Positions 9,020 to 18,470 of a stretch of 40,140 nucleotides of DNA are shown here, in pieces. Position numbers and translations under genes: made by a program. Numbering within the stretch: the first letter of the stretch is position 1; each line of letters opens with the position of its first letter. Origin of the DNA: Deinococcales bacterium (GTDB lineage: Bacteria; Deinococcota; Deinococci; Deinococcales; JAAFIG01); NCBI GenBank assembly GCA_043778225.1, contig JAYWGM010000018.1, forward strand, positions 1-40,140, in the 5' to 3' direction. The notes beneath the pieces were generated by a model. It saw only the letters and a list, made by a program, of their open reading frames with translations. It was not told where the DNA came from and made no database searches.

Positions 9020-11221
9020 ATGAGACGATATTCGCTGGTTTTGGCTGGCATCCTTGCAGTTGCCTGTGGCAGCATTTCCAACTCGGCTGTGCCAAACGGA
9101 TTAAACCCGATTATTTTTGTAACCCAAGTGCCGATTGCGCCAGATTTTACAACCATCGGTTCAACTTTTGGTAATCACCTTGGCAGCATGGAATCGGTGG
9201 CTCGAGGTGGCGATTTGTACATTCGTTATGGCGATGGCAAACTTAAAAACTTGACTTTAGCTGCTGGTTATGGGGTCTCGAGTGGAATGCAGGGCGCAAG
9301 TTCGATTGCGGTGCGCGACCCGAGTGTCCATTGGGATGGCAAAAAAGTTATTTTTAGCATGGTTGTTGGCGCACCGACCAAACAATACGAAGTCAAAAAT
9401 TTCAATTGGCAACTCTACGAAATCAGTAATCTCGAGTCAAACCAAACCCCTATCATTACAAAAATTCCAAACCAGCCGGTCTATAACAATATCTCACCGA
9501 TTTATGGCTCGGACGACCGCATTATTTTTACTTCAGACCGCCCTCGAGATAACTCAAGCCATTTATATCCACAGCGCGACGAGTACGAATCAGCGTTTAC
9601 CAATACGGGTTTGTGGAGCTTAAATCCCTCGAGCAACGACCTTAAACTTTTGAACCATGCCCCGAGCGGCAATTTTACACCGACTTTAGACAGCTTTGGC
9701 AGAATTATCTTTACCCAATGGGACCACTTAAAGCGCGACCAGCAAGCTGATGCCGACAAATATGCGGGGGGTAGTTCTGGCACATTTAACTATGCCTCGG
9801 AAAGCCCCAATGCCGCCAAGTCAAACAGCCGCACCGAGATTTTCCCTGAGCCTCGAGTAGACCAAGAAATTGCTGGTACAAACCTCAATAAGCACGATTT
9901 TAACCAGTTTTTTCCATGGATGATTCTCGAGGATGGTACTGAATCCGAAACGCTCAACCATGCTGGCAGGCACGAATTGATGAGCGGTGATGCAAGGGGC
10001 TATATCGAGCCAAGTTTGACTGACGACCCCGCCCTCGAGACTTTTAGCCCACCAAATCTTAGTAAAAACCAGAATTACATTGAAAATATGTTTCAACTGC
10101 GCGAAGACCCAAGCCGTGCTGGAACATATTATGGCATTAACGCCCCAGAATTTAACACCCATGCCAGTGGGCAAATCGTCAGCCTCAATGGTGCGCCAAA
10201 TGTAGCCGTCAACGAGATGAAAATTACGTATATCACCGACCGCGCCACGGCGAATCCGAGCGAAGACGGTGCAACTGCCAACCCAAATCACTCTGGAATG
10301 TACCGTGACCCTCTGCCACTTAAAAACGGCGAGTTGATTATAGCCCACAGCCCCGAGACTCGAGCCGATAAAGCTGGCGCAAGCATCACCAATTCGCGTT
10401 ATGCCTACCGCTTAAAAAACCTTAAAAAACAAAGTAATGGTTTATTTGTAGCCGACCAAACCCTGACCGACGGGATTAAGAAAACCCTCGAGTTTTGGAG
10501 TCCAGACGTAAAAATAACCTATGCTGGCAACCTATGGGAATTACAACCCATTGAACTGATTGCCAAAAAACGCCCAGCAAAACGCACCGAGCCACTGCCG
10601 AGTTTGGAAGCACAAGTTCTAACCCAAGCGGGGGTCAGCGAAACTGCCCTCAAAGCCTACCTGACCAGCAATAATCTGGCATTGGCAGTGGTGCGTAATG
10701 TCACCACCCGAGATGCTGCCGATTTACAGCAACCTTTTAACCTTAAAGTTCCCAACGGCGTGCAGAGCCTAAGCAGTAAGTACACGGCTGGACAAAAAAT
10801 TTATGATGTCAGTCAGCTTCAATTTTTCCAAGCCGACCAAATACGCGGCTACGGTGGTACAACCACCCCCCAAGCTGGACGGCGCGTGTTGGCACAAACC
10901 CTACACGATACCAAAGCTATAGCCAGCAACACTGCTTATGCCGATTTCACACCCAGCACTGGCAGCCTAGCAGTTGCTACTGACGGCAGCGCCGCCGCTT
11001 TTGTGCCAGCCAGACGCGCTTTGTCGTGGCAACTGAGCAGCCCCAACGGAACACCAGTGGTGCGCGAACGCTATTGGGTGACTTTCCAACCCGGCGAAGT
11101 GCGAGTTTGTACAAGTTGTCACGGGTTAAATGACCAAGACCAAGCAGGAGCAGCCACACCCAGCAATGCCCCAAAGGCACTACTCGAGTTGCTTAAAAAA
11201 TGGAAAGCAGCTAATCCGTAA
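9020..11221 (+). CDS. Lipoprotein with TolB-like propeller and hydrazine-synthase-alpha-like middle domain; single c-type heme motif
   Basis: Lipobox LAVAC; DPSVHWDGKKVIFSM; C-terminal WVTFQPGEVRVCTSCHG (CxxCH). Start ATG 9020 after TACGCT-N6. Confidence 0.65.
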   Translation: MRRYSLVLAGILAVACGSISNSAVPNGLNPIIFVTQVPIAPDFTTIGSTFGNHLGSMESVARGGDLYIRYGDGKLKNLTLAAGYGVSSGMQGASSIAVRDPSVHWDGKKVIFSMVVGAPTKQYEVKNFNWQLYEISNLESNQTPIITKIPNQPVYNNISPIYGSDDRIIFTSDRPRDNSSHLYPQRDEYESAFTNTGLWSLNPSSNDLKLLNHAPSGNFTPTLDSFGRIIFTQWDHLKRDQQADADKYAGGSSGTFNYASESPNAAKSNSRTEIFPEPRVDQEIAGTNLNKHDFNQFFPWMILEDGTESETLNHAGRHELMSGDARGYIEPSLTDDPALETFSPPNLSKNQNYIENMFQLREDPSRAGTYYGINAPEFNTHASGQIVSLNGAPNVAVNEMKITYITDRATANPSEDGATANPNHSGMYRDPLPLKNGELIIAHSPETRADKAGASITNSRYAYRLKNLKKQSNGLFVADQTLTDGIKKTLEFWSPDVKITYAGNLWELQPIELIAKKRPAKRTEPLPSLEAQVLTQAGVSETALKAYLTSNNLALAVVRNVTTRDAADLQQPFNLKVPNGVQSLSSKYTAGQKIYDVSQLQFFQADQIRGYGGTTTPQAGRRVLAQTLHDTKAIASNTAYADFTPSTGSLAVATDGSAAAFVPARRALSWQLSSPNGTPVVRERYWVTFQPGEVRVCTSCHGLNDQDQAGAATPSNAPKALLELLKKWKAANP

Positions 11222-11236
11222 AGTAAGACGCTACAA

Positions 11237-12526
11237 TTATTTTTGAAAAACGATGTCGCCGCCAACCCACACTTGCACTACATCGCTCGAGTTGCCCAAG
11301 GTAAAGAGTCCAGCCAGCTTTCGTTCGATACTTTCAGCGTGCTGCATGACAATTTCAAGCGGCGAATGTTCGGGGGGACGAATATAAACCGCATCAAATG
11401 CCTTTCCGCTCGAGAAATCGCCTACCGTATCGTGTAAATCTAGGGCTTGTGCGCCAGCTCGAGTGCATAAATACAAAAGCTGGCTCGGTGTGAGCCGAGC
11501 GCCTTCTGGCATCAATTGCTGCATAAAATAGGCTTGCAAACCTTCCTTGAGCATCCCATAACCCGTACCGCCACCGACATCTGTGCCGAGGCTGACATGA
11601 ACCCCTGCTTTTAAGTGCCGCCGCAACGGAAAAAATCCACTGCCAAGGCTCGAGTTGCTGCATGGGCAATGGGCAGCACTTGCGCCAGCATTTGCCATGC
11701 GCCCTAGTTCGGAATCGGTGGCATGAATGTTGTGGGCAAGCACGGAACGGCGCGAGACCAGACCAGCCTTTTCGTAAGTCTCGAGGTAATCAGTTGCGGT
11801 CGGGAATAAGCCACGCACAGTTTGGATTTCTTGCAGATTCTCGTTGATGTGGCTGGTAAAACGCACGGTTGGAAATTCTTGGGTTAGCGCTGCACACGCC
11901 TCGAGTATCCCTTCGGAAGCCGACAACGAAAACCTTGGCGTGACTGCGTACAATAAACGTCCCAGACCATGAAACGCCTCGATGAGTGCCTTGCCCTCGC
12001 TGTATGCCAGTTCTGATGTGGTGTGCAATTCGGGGCGCAGCAATCTATCCGAAACGACTTGACCCGCTACAATTCTAAGTCCAGATTTGGCAGCCTCGGC
12101 AAAAAAAACCTTCATCGCACTGGCAAAATGCGACCCGAACACCAACGCGGTGGTCGTACCATGCGAAACCAAACCATGCAGGAATTCTTTAGCCACGACT
12201 TTTGCAAATACATCATCGGCAAATTTGGCTTCGGTCGGTAACGTATTTTTCTCGAGCCACTCGAGTAAACCCATGCCCAAGCCACCCAGCACCCGCCCTT
12301 GCGGATAATGCACATGGGTGTCAATAAAACCGGGCAGAAGCATCCCACCGCGTAAATCCACAACTTCGGCATCTGGAAATTGTGGCTGTAACACAGCATA
12401 ATCAGCACACTCGAGAATCAGTCCAGCCTCGACCAGCACAGCCCCATCCTCGAGAGTTACCAGTGCATCTGGGTGCAAAAAAGCATTTTGTGGCGTGTGT
12501 ACAATACTCGAGCGGTACAGTTTCAT
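11237..12526 (-). CDS. guaD: Guanine deaminase
   Basis: PGFIDTHVHYPQ, VTPRF, HINEN, GTDVGGG; ATGA overlap with xdhB. Confidence 0.95.
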   Translation of the reverse strand: MKLYRSSIVHTPQNAFLHPDALVTLEDGAVLVEAGLILECADYAVLQPQFPDAEVVDLRGGMLLPGFIDTHVHYPQGRVLGGLGMGLLEWLEKNTLPTEAKFADDVFAKVVAKEFLHGLVSHGTTTALVFGSHFASAMKVFFAEAAKSGLRIVAGQVVSDRLLRPELHTTSELAYSEGKALIEAFHGLGRLLYAVTPRFSLSASEGILEACAALTQEFPTVRFTSHINENLQEIQTVRGLFPTATDYLETYEKAGLVSRRSVLAHNIHATDSELGRMANAGASAAHCPCSNSSLGSGFFPLRRHLKAGVHVSLGTDVGGGTGYGMLKEGLQAYFMQQLMPEGARLTPSQLLYLCTRAGAQALDLHDTVGDFSSGKAFDAVYIRPPEHSPLEIVMQHAESIERKLAGLFTLGNSSDVVQVWVGGDIVFQK

Positions 12527-14829
12527 GCGTTCCTTGCTTGCTCAAGCGCCCAGAATACGGCTTCGGGTGTGGCTGGCGAAGCCAATTCGAGGCTTAAACC
12601 TGAACCAAAAGCTGCTGCTGCGTTTCTAATGGCTTCTCGAGCCGATATTGCCAGCATGACCGGCGGTTCGCCAACCGCTTTTGAACCGTAAACCACATCC
12701 GATTCGGCGGCATCGGTCAGGAAAGCAACCTTGAAAACCTCGGGCATTTCCGAGAAGCTCGGTAGTTTGTAGGTGCTGGCAGATTGGGTGGCTAACCGCC
12801 CGTTTTTATCCCAGCGCAAATCCTCTAAAGTTAGCCAGCCTAGCCCTTGAATAAAACCACCTTCGATTTGTCCACGGTCTATGAGTGGGCTAAGGCTCTC
12901 GCCAACATCCTGCAAAATATCCACGCAGCGCAAGGTGTAAGCACCAGTAAAACCATCTATTTCGACCTCAGAAACCGATGCGCCATACGAGAAATACTTG
13001 AAGGGTTGTCCGTGCATCGCAACTCTATCCCAATGCAGCCCTTGGGTGCGAAAAAAACCACTTGCCCACAAGGAAACCCGCTTGTAGTAGGCTTCGGAGA
13101 CCAATTCTGCAAAGGGCAACCCGCGTTCTGGGTAACCAATTGGAAATACATTGCCACTCGAGAAGCGCACTTCATCGGGATGAACCCCCAAGCGGCTCGA
13201 GGCAATCACGGCTAATCGGGCTTTTATTTGCTCACAGGCATCCTTGACCGCGCCACCGTTTAGGTCGGTGCTACTCGAGGCGGCGGTGGCACTGGTGTTG
13301 GGGACTTTATCGGTGCGGGTTGGCGCAAGGCGCACATTCTCGAGCTTCACGCCGAGCGCCGTGGCGGCAACTTGCAGCATTTTGGTATGCAGCCCCTGAC
13401 CCATTTCGGTGCCGCCGTGGTTAATCAGCACGCTGCCATCTTTGTACACCAAAACAAGTGCGCCAGCTTGGTTGTAAGCCGTAAAATTAAAACTGATGCC
13501 AAATTTAACTGGCGTGATGCTGATGGCACGTTTTTTATTTGAATGGATGGCATTAAACTCGAGAATCTGCTGTTGGCGGGCTGTAAAATCGCTGGTCTCG
13601 AGCAACTGCTGCCAAATCTGAGTCATTCGGTTGGTGTCCTTGACTGGCTGACCATACGGCGTGACCTGACCAGCTTGATAAAAGTTTTTGAACCGTAAAT
13701 CTTCTGCCCGCATTCCCAATTTTGGCGCACATCGCCCAAGAATATCTTCGATAATCAGCATTCCCTGCGGACCACCAAAGCCACGAAACGCAGTCTGGGA
13801 GGTTTTATTGGTTTTACAAACCCGCCCGAGAAGACGAAGATTCGGGATAAAATAGGCATTATCTATATGGCATAGCGCCCTTGCCAGCACGGGTTCGGAC
13901 AAATCCAAGCTCCAACCACCATCGGAAAAGAGTTCTGCCTCGAGTCCGACCAGCATTCCGCTCGAGTCAAAACCAACTTTCCAACGGGCTAAAAATGGAT
14001 GGCGCTTACCGGTCATGGTCATATCCTGAGTACGATTCAAGCGCAAACTGACCGGACGACCTGTTAGGCTTGCTCCCAACGCCGCAATTGCCGCAAAACC
14101 ATGCGGCTGCATTTCTTTGCCCCCAAAGCCGCCGCCCATTCGTAGGCACTGCACTGTCACGGCATGGCTGGGCAAACCAAGCACATGAGCCACAATTTCT
14201 TGGGTTTCTGATGGATGCTGCGTACTGCACTGCACAAAAACCTGACCAGCTTCGTCTATGGTTGCCAGCGAAGCATGAGTCTCGAGGTAAAAATGTTCTT
14301 GACCGCCAATTTCAAATTGCCCTTCAAAAATATGTTCGGCTGCCTCGAGCAGCGTAATATCGCCGCGCTGTAAATGCTGGGCTGCGCCCTGGAACGACTC
14401 GAGTTTAATCGCATCTTCTAAGGCAATAACCGCAGATAAAACCTCATACTCAATTTCTATTGCCGCCGCCCCAAGCCGCGCCGCACTGATCGAATCTGCC
14501 AGTACCCAGCAGACCGCGTGACCGACAAACATTACGATGCTAGGAAAAAGCGGTTCGTCGTGCTTGACCCCAGCGTCATTGACCCCACGCACATCGGCAG
14601 CCGTCAGCACCCGCACCACGCCAGCAAGCTCGAGCGCACCTTGAAACTCGAGCTTAGTGACTCGAGCATGGGCATGAGGCGACTGCACAGGGTAGGCGTG
14701 GAGCAAATTGGTCAAACGATTGCCGAGGTCATCGGTGTAGAGGGCTGCTCCGGTGACGTGCAGCGCGGCGCTTTCGTGTGAAATAGATTTTCCAACAACG
14801 GGGTCGGGTGGACGGGTGGAGAGGCTCAT
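12523..14829 (-). CDS. xdhB: Xanthine dehydrogenase molybdopterin-binding subunit
   Basis: GGQEHFYLE, RMGGGFGGKE, TAFRGFGGPQG, GGTEMGQGL, SKAVGEPP. Confidence 0.95.
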   Translation of the reverse strand: MSLSTRPPDPVVGKSISHESAALHVTGAALYTDDLGNRLTNLLHAYPVQSPHAHARVTKLEFQGALELAGVVRVLTAADVRGVNDAGVKHDEPLFPSIVMFVGHAVCWVLADSISAARLGAAAIEIEYEVLSAVIALEDAIKLESFQGAAQHLQRGDITLLEAAEHIFEGQFEIGGQEHFYLETHASLATIDEAGQVFVQCSTQHPSETQEIVAHVLGLPSHAVTVQCLRMGGGFGGKEMQPHGFAAIAALGASLTGRPVSLRLNRTQDMTMTGKRHPFLARWKVGFDSSGMLVGLEAELFSDGGWSLDLSEPVLARALCHIDNAYFIPNLRLLGRVCKTNKTSQTAFRGFGGPQGMLIIEDILGRCAPKLGMRAEDLRFKNFYQAGQVTPYGQPVKDTNRMTQIWQQLLETSDFTARQQQILEFNAIHSNKKRAISITPVKFGISFNFTAYNQAGALVLVYKDGSVLINHGGTEMGQGLHTKMLQVAATALGVKLENVRLAPTRTDKVPNTSATAASSSTDLNGGAVKDACEQIKARLAVIASSRLGVHPDEVRFSSGNVFPIGYPERGLPFAELVSEAYYKRVSLWASGFFRTQGLHWDRVAMHGQPFKYFSYGASVSEVEIDGFTGAYTLRCVDILQDVGESLSPLIDRGQIEGGFIQGLGWLTLEDLRWDKNGRLATQSASTYKLPSFSEMPEVFKVAFLTDAAESDVVYGSKAVGEPPVMLAISAREAIRNAAAAFGSGLSLELASPATPEAVFWALEQARNA

Positions 14830-14969
14830 GGCTGACCTCGAGATGTTAATACTTTTGGAGTGGTTGAGAAAAACAGGGGGCTGTCAGGCACTCCCCCCGC
14901 CTTAGGCGACCCCCTCCACGAGGGGGTTAGGCAGTGCCAAAAAAGGACGGATTGAATTGGTAAGTTCAT
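14826..14969 (-). other. 47-codon bridge ORF spanning the xdhA-xdhB intergenic insert
   Basis: Its ATG overlaps the xdhA TGA and its TGA overlaps the xdhB ATG. Translation MNLPIQSVLFWHCLTPSWRGSPKAGGVPDSPLFFSTTPKVLTSRGQP. Expression unproven. Confidence 0.4.
14887..14938. repeat. GC-rich multi-hairpin extragenic palindromic element
   Basis: CCCCCTC-CAC-GAGGGGG (14910-14926), CGCCT-T-AGGCG (14898-14908), closed by GGCACT...AGTGCC. Confidence 0.6.
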
Positions 14970-16348
14970 GGGTTTACCTCGGCGAAGAATTTAAGGAGCA
15001 GTTGCTCGAGCATGGCTTTTCGGTAGGCAGCACTGGCTCGGTGGTCATCGAGTGGTGTTCCAGAGGTTGCCATTATTTTAGCAGCCGTTTGCACGGTCTC
15101 GAGATTCCACGGTTTGCCCGTTAAAAAGGCTTCGGTCTCGAGGGCGCGAAGTGGTGTGGCTGCCACACCTCCTAGCCCAATGCGAATTGTTTGTATCAGC
15201 CCAGACTCGAGCCTTAGCGCCATGCCAACCGCTACACTGCTGATGTCGTCCATACGGCGTTTTGAGATTTTGTAGAACTTGGTTAATGGTGCAAGTGGCA
15301 ACGGAATCCGAATCGCTTGGATGATTTCGTTGGCTTGGCGCAGGGTTTTTCGGTAGCCGACAAAATACTCGGATAGTGGCACAATTCGTGTTCCACTCGA
15401 GGAAACCAACACCAGACTCGAGTCCAATGCCAGTAGAATCGGTGGTGAATCGCCAATTGGTGAAGCCGTGCCAAGGTTGCCGCCCAGCGTAGCGCTGTTG
15501 CGAATGAGGCGCGAGGCAAACATTGGAAACCACTGGTGCAGCAAAGGAATTTTAGCTTCTAACTGATGCTCGAGTTCGGACAGCGTTAAAGCTGCGCCAA
15601 GTTCAACAAAATCTGGAGTCCAAACAATCTGGCGCAGTTCTGGCAAGTGTTCAATCGCAATTTGCACATCTGCCCTCGAGTGACGCAAATTGACCTCAAC
15701 GCCCCAATCTGTGCTACCCGCCACGAGTTTAGCATTTGGGTGCTGCTCGAGTAAATTTAGGACAGTTTTAAGGTTAGCTGGACGATGAAAAAGCATTCCA
15801 TTTTGCTCGAGAATTACGGCTTGGGGTTCTGGGGCTGGTCGGGATTGACGCTGCAAAAATGGGTCGCTCGAGTCTGGCATTGCCAAATCAAAAGCAGCCT
15901 CCTGAATCGAGCGATAGCCCGTACAACGACATAAATTCCCAGATAATGCCTCGATGTCAAATTTTTGGCGGTCTGGGCGGTAATACTCATCCGCCATGCT
16001 CGAGATAAAACCGGGCGTACAGTAGCCACATTGCGAGCCACCACTTGCGACCATCGCAGCTTGGGTCGGATGTAAGTCTTCAGGAGTTCCCAAGCCCTCG
16101 GATGTCACAATTTCTTGACCATTCAAGCCAGCCATCAGGGTTAAGCAAGCATTGACCGATGTTAGTCTCGAGCCAGTGCCATTGGCTTTGGTCAGCAGCA
16201 CCGCACACGCACCGCATTCGCCCTCGGCGCAACCTTCTTTGCAACCGATTAGACCAGATGCCCGCAACCAATTTAACAAAGTGGTGTGCGGCTCGAGATT
16301 TGTTGCAGTGGTTGGCTTGCCGTTGAGGACAAGATTGATTTCTGACAT
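14966..16348 (-). CDS. xdhA: Xanthine dehydrogenase small subunit (2x[2Fe-2S] + FAD)
   Basis: KEGCAEGECGAC, QCGYCTPG, GNLCRCTGY, ATLGGN..ASPIGD, YKISKR..DIS. Start ATG 16348 after TAAATT-N5. Confidence 0.95.
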   Translation of the reverse strand: MSEINLVLNGKPTTATNLEPHTTLLNWLRASGLIGCKEGCAEGECGACAVLLTKANGTGSRLTSVNACLTLMAGLNGQEIVTSEGLGTPEDLHPTQAAMVASGGSQCGYCTPGFISSMADEYYRPDRQKFDIEALSGNLCRCTGYRSIQEAAFDLAMPDSSDPFLQRQSRPAPEPQAVILEQNGMLFHRPANLKTVLNLLEQHPNAKLVAGSTDWGVEVNLRHSRADVQIAIEHLPELRQIVWTPDFVELGAALTLSELEHQLEAKIPLLHQWFPMFASRLIRNSATLGGNLGTASPIGDSPPILLALDSSLVLVSSSGTRIVPLSEYFVGYRKTLRQANEIIQAIRIPLPLAPLTKFYKISKRRMDDISSVAVGMALRLESGLIQTIRIGLGGVAATPLRALETEAFLTGKPWNLETVQTAAKIMATSGTPLDDHRASAAYRKAMLEQLLLKFFAEVNP

Positions 16349-16437
16349 AAAATAATTTAACACAAGCTGCTAACTGGTATTTGGTTCTAAGTAGTAATGC
16401 AAATTTAAGTTAAGGTATCAATCCAAGAAAACCGTGT

Positions 16438-16464
16438 GTAGGGGCAGACCCCCGTGTCTGCCCT
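16438..16464 (+). repeat. GTAG-family REP element
   Basis: GTAG tetranucleotide followed by an 8-bp stem GGGCAGAC-CCCCGT-GTCTGCCC. Confidence 0.7.
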
Positions 16465-16499
16465 GCTAGGAATTAGTTCAAAGTAATTTGGCTTTGGTT

Positions 16500-16688
16500 C
16501 TACCTGATATTTTGATGCTGCAAACGAGCAATTTCTTGCTGCATTTGCTCGAGTTGGTCGGCTGGCAAGAACACTACAGCAGGACGACCTCGATGTTTAA
16601 CAAAAACCATATCGGAGTCGTCAATAATTTGGTCAAATACCTTACCTAAGTTTTTTTGCGCTGTGGTGTATGAAATATGCGTCTCCAT
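16500..16688 (-). CDS. Phd/YefM-family antitoxin, short and without a toxin gene
   Basis: ISYTTAQKNLGKVFDQI..D...V.VKHRGRPAVV matches the YefM N-terminal fold; TACAAT-N6-ATG start. Confidence 0.72.
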   Translation of the reverse strand: METHISYTTAQKNLGKVFDQIIDDSDMVFVKHRGRPAVVFLPADQLEQMQQEIARLQHQNIR

Positions 16689-16706
16689 GACTTTATTGTA
16701 GCGTAT

Positions 16707-17075
16707 TTAGCTGCCTCGGTAGGTGCTGTAAGCCCACGGCGAAACCAAGAGCGGCACATGATAATGGGCGGTTGTGTCGGCAATCCCAAAACAAATCGGC
16801 ACAGACTCGAGAAAACGCGGCTCGGGCAAATTAAAATACGCGCCGACTTCAAAAACCAGTTCGTAGCGCCCAGTCTCGAGTAAACCCCGCGCAATTAAGG
16901 GTTCGTCGGTGCGCCCGTCAGCATTTGTGACTGTGGTTTTGAGCAGCAGTCGTGCGCCATCCTCGAGCCGAAAAAGCGAGATTATAATGCCCGAAGCGGG
17001 CTTACCCTTGGCGGTATCCAGAACGTGCGTTGTTAAACCGGCATTTGCATGGGCATCTACTCCGGCTTGGCTCAT
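16707..17075 (-). CDS. uraH: 5-hydroxyisourate hydrolase (transthyretin-like)
   Basis: LTTHVLD, TNADGR, HYHVPLLVSPWAYSTYRGS; ATGA overlap with the uricase stop. Confidence 0.93.
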   Translation of the reverse strand: MSQAGVDAHANAGLTTHVLDTAKGKPASGIIISLFRLEDGARLLLKTTVTNADGRTDEPLIARGLLETGRYELVFEVGAYFNLPEPRFLESVPICFGIADTTAHYHVPLLVSPWAYSTYRGS

Positions 17076-17908
17076 GCGCGTTCCACCCAACCTTCGATTA
17101 AGCCGTAAGGTTCGGCATCGGCATGAAAAATTTCTTGGTTGTTCGGCATTCCAAAACGCTCGAGGTTATACGGAATATGGTGCTTATTCGGGAAAGAAAA
17201 ATGAATTCGAGAAATTTCTGGGCAATGCTCGAGAACCGCTTTTCCCATGCGGTAGAGCGTATTTTGGGCGCTTGGGCTGTAGTGGTCGGTGAAAGTGGCG
17301 CAGATTGAATTCCAAACTCGAGTCCAGAGCGCATCGTAGTCTGGGTTTAGCGTGTTGTATTCCCAATGTGCCGTGACCACGGTTGCCAAGATGCGGTCGT
17401 TGGTTTCTGGGAGGGTCGTAAATTGCTCGAGTAAATACCCTTCCCAGCCGGAATTGGTCGTTTTTAGCACAAATAATTCGTCTATTCCGCTCGAGACTGT
17501 AAAATTTGTACCATCACCTTCGATGGTTGCCGTGCGCTTACCAACATCGCGGATAAAACTGTGGTCGTGGTCAAGAATTCGCGCCCAACGATGCTCGAGC
17601 ATTTTGACCCGCACGGTTTTGACTTTTGGTCCAGCGCTCACAAAATGCCGAATCAAGTGCTTGGCAAATTCTTCAATACTCGAGCTAAAACCGTCTTTGG
17701 CAAGGGCATAAATTGTGTTGCGAACCGTGTCCGTAGCCAAAAGGTCGGTGTTATCGCCGTGGCTGTGGGCTGCGTCGAAATCGCCCTGCATGGCTACATC
17801 CACCCAGACATCCTTAATTTCGTGGCGGCTCGAGTCTCTAAAGACCTTAAAAAGCCGCACATCCGATTTACCGTAATTGTTCTGACCCATTTTAACTGTG
17901 ACTGACAT
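17072..17908 (-). CDS. pucL: Cofactor-independent urate oxidase (uricase)
   Basis: YGKSDV, ATDTVRNT, VLKTTNSGW, SAQNTLY, PNKHH; CAGGAG RBS. Confidence 0.92.
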   Translation of the reverse strand: MSVTVKMGQNNYGKSDVRLFKVFRDSSRHEIKDVWVDVAMQGDFDAAHSHGDNTDLLATDTVRNTIYALAKDGFSSSIEEFAKHLIRHFVSAGPKVKTVRVKMLEHRWARILDHDHSFIRDVGKRTATIEGDGTNFTVSSGIDELFVLKTTNSGWEGYLLEQFTTLPETNDRILATVVTAHWEYNTLNPDYDALWTRVWNSICATFTDHYSPSAQNTLYRMGKAVLEHCPEISRIHFSFPNKHHIPYNLERFGMPNNQEIFHADAEPYGLIEGWVERA

Positions 17909-17937
17909 ACTTTTCTCCTGTTGGACGAGGCGTGCCG

Positions 17938-18441
17938 CTACAATTGCTCGACTAAATCTTTAATTCTATATTGCGCTATTTTACTAATTTCTTCAAGCGC
18001 AATTTTTATTTCGATAGCAACATCATGCTCGAGTCTTTGGGCTGCACCACTCAGAATACTTTCTTTGGTATTTTCGCGCACACAAACAATGTATGGCATG
18101 GCAAATTTTGCTCGGTATGCCAAATTTATCGTTGTGAAATGAGCAAATTCTTCGGGGCTGAGACGGTCTAAACCAATTCCTTTTTGCTCCGAAGCCGATT
18201 CTGCCGTTAGAGCCACTGCCGCTTTACCCGCCAAATCCGGATGGGCGCGAATTAACTCGAGTTGAGCACTTTGGTCATCCTCGAGTATTGCGGTTTTGAA
18301 GGCTAAAAAAAGCTCGTCAAGATTTGCAAATGGTCTTTGCTGCGCGGCTTGGGCTGCATAATGCGGTGAATGCTCGAGAACGCCGCCAAAATACGCCTGA
18401 AATTGATTCGGCTCGAGTTGATTGATTTGGGCAATCGTCAT
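17938..18441 (-). CDS. uraD: OHCU decarboxylase
   Basis: EHSP, LIRAHPDLAG, SASEQ, YRAKF.MPYIVCV, ALEEISKIA. Start ATG 18441. Confidence 0.92.
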   Translation of the reverse strand: MTIAQINQLEPNQFQAYFGGVLEHSPHYAAQAAQQRPFANLDELFLAFKTAILEDDQSAQLELIRAHPDLAGKAAVALTAESASEQKGIGLDRLSPEEFAHFTTINLAYRAKFAMPYIVCVRENTKESILSGAAQRLEHDVAIEIKIALEEISKIAQYRIKDLVEQL

Positions 18442-18470
18442 GCTACATTCTAACAAGGTAAAATCGGGTC
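18442..18470. promoter_or_regulatory. Back-to-back leaderless promoters (uraD operon / glycerate kinase operon)
   Basis: TAGAAT on minus (18447-18452) 5 nt from ATG 18441; TAAAAT on plus (18459-18464) 6 nt from ATG 18471. Confidence 0.65.

Noticed and set aside
9020..11221. Anammox hydrazine synthesis capacity
   Set aside because: Only one CxxCH, no beta/gamma subunits, and the context is an aerobic heterotroph (uricase, carotenoid genes).
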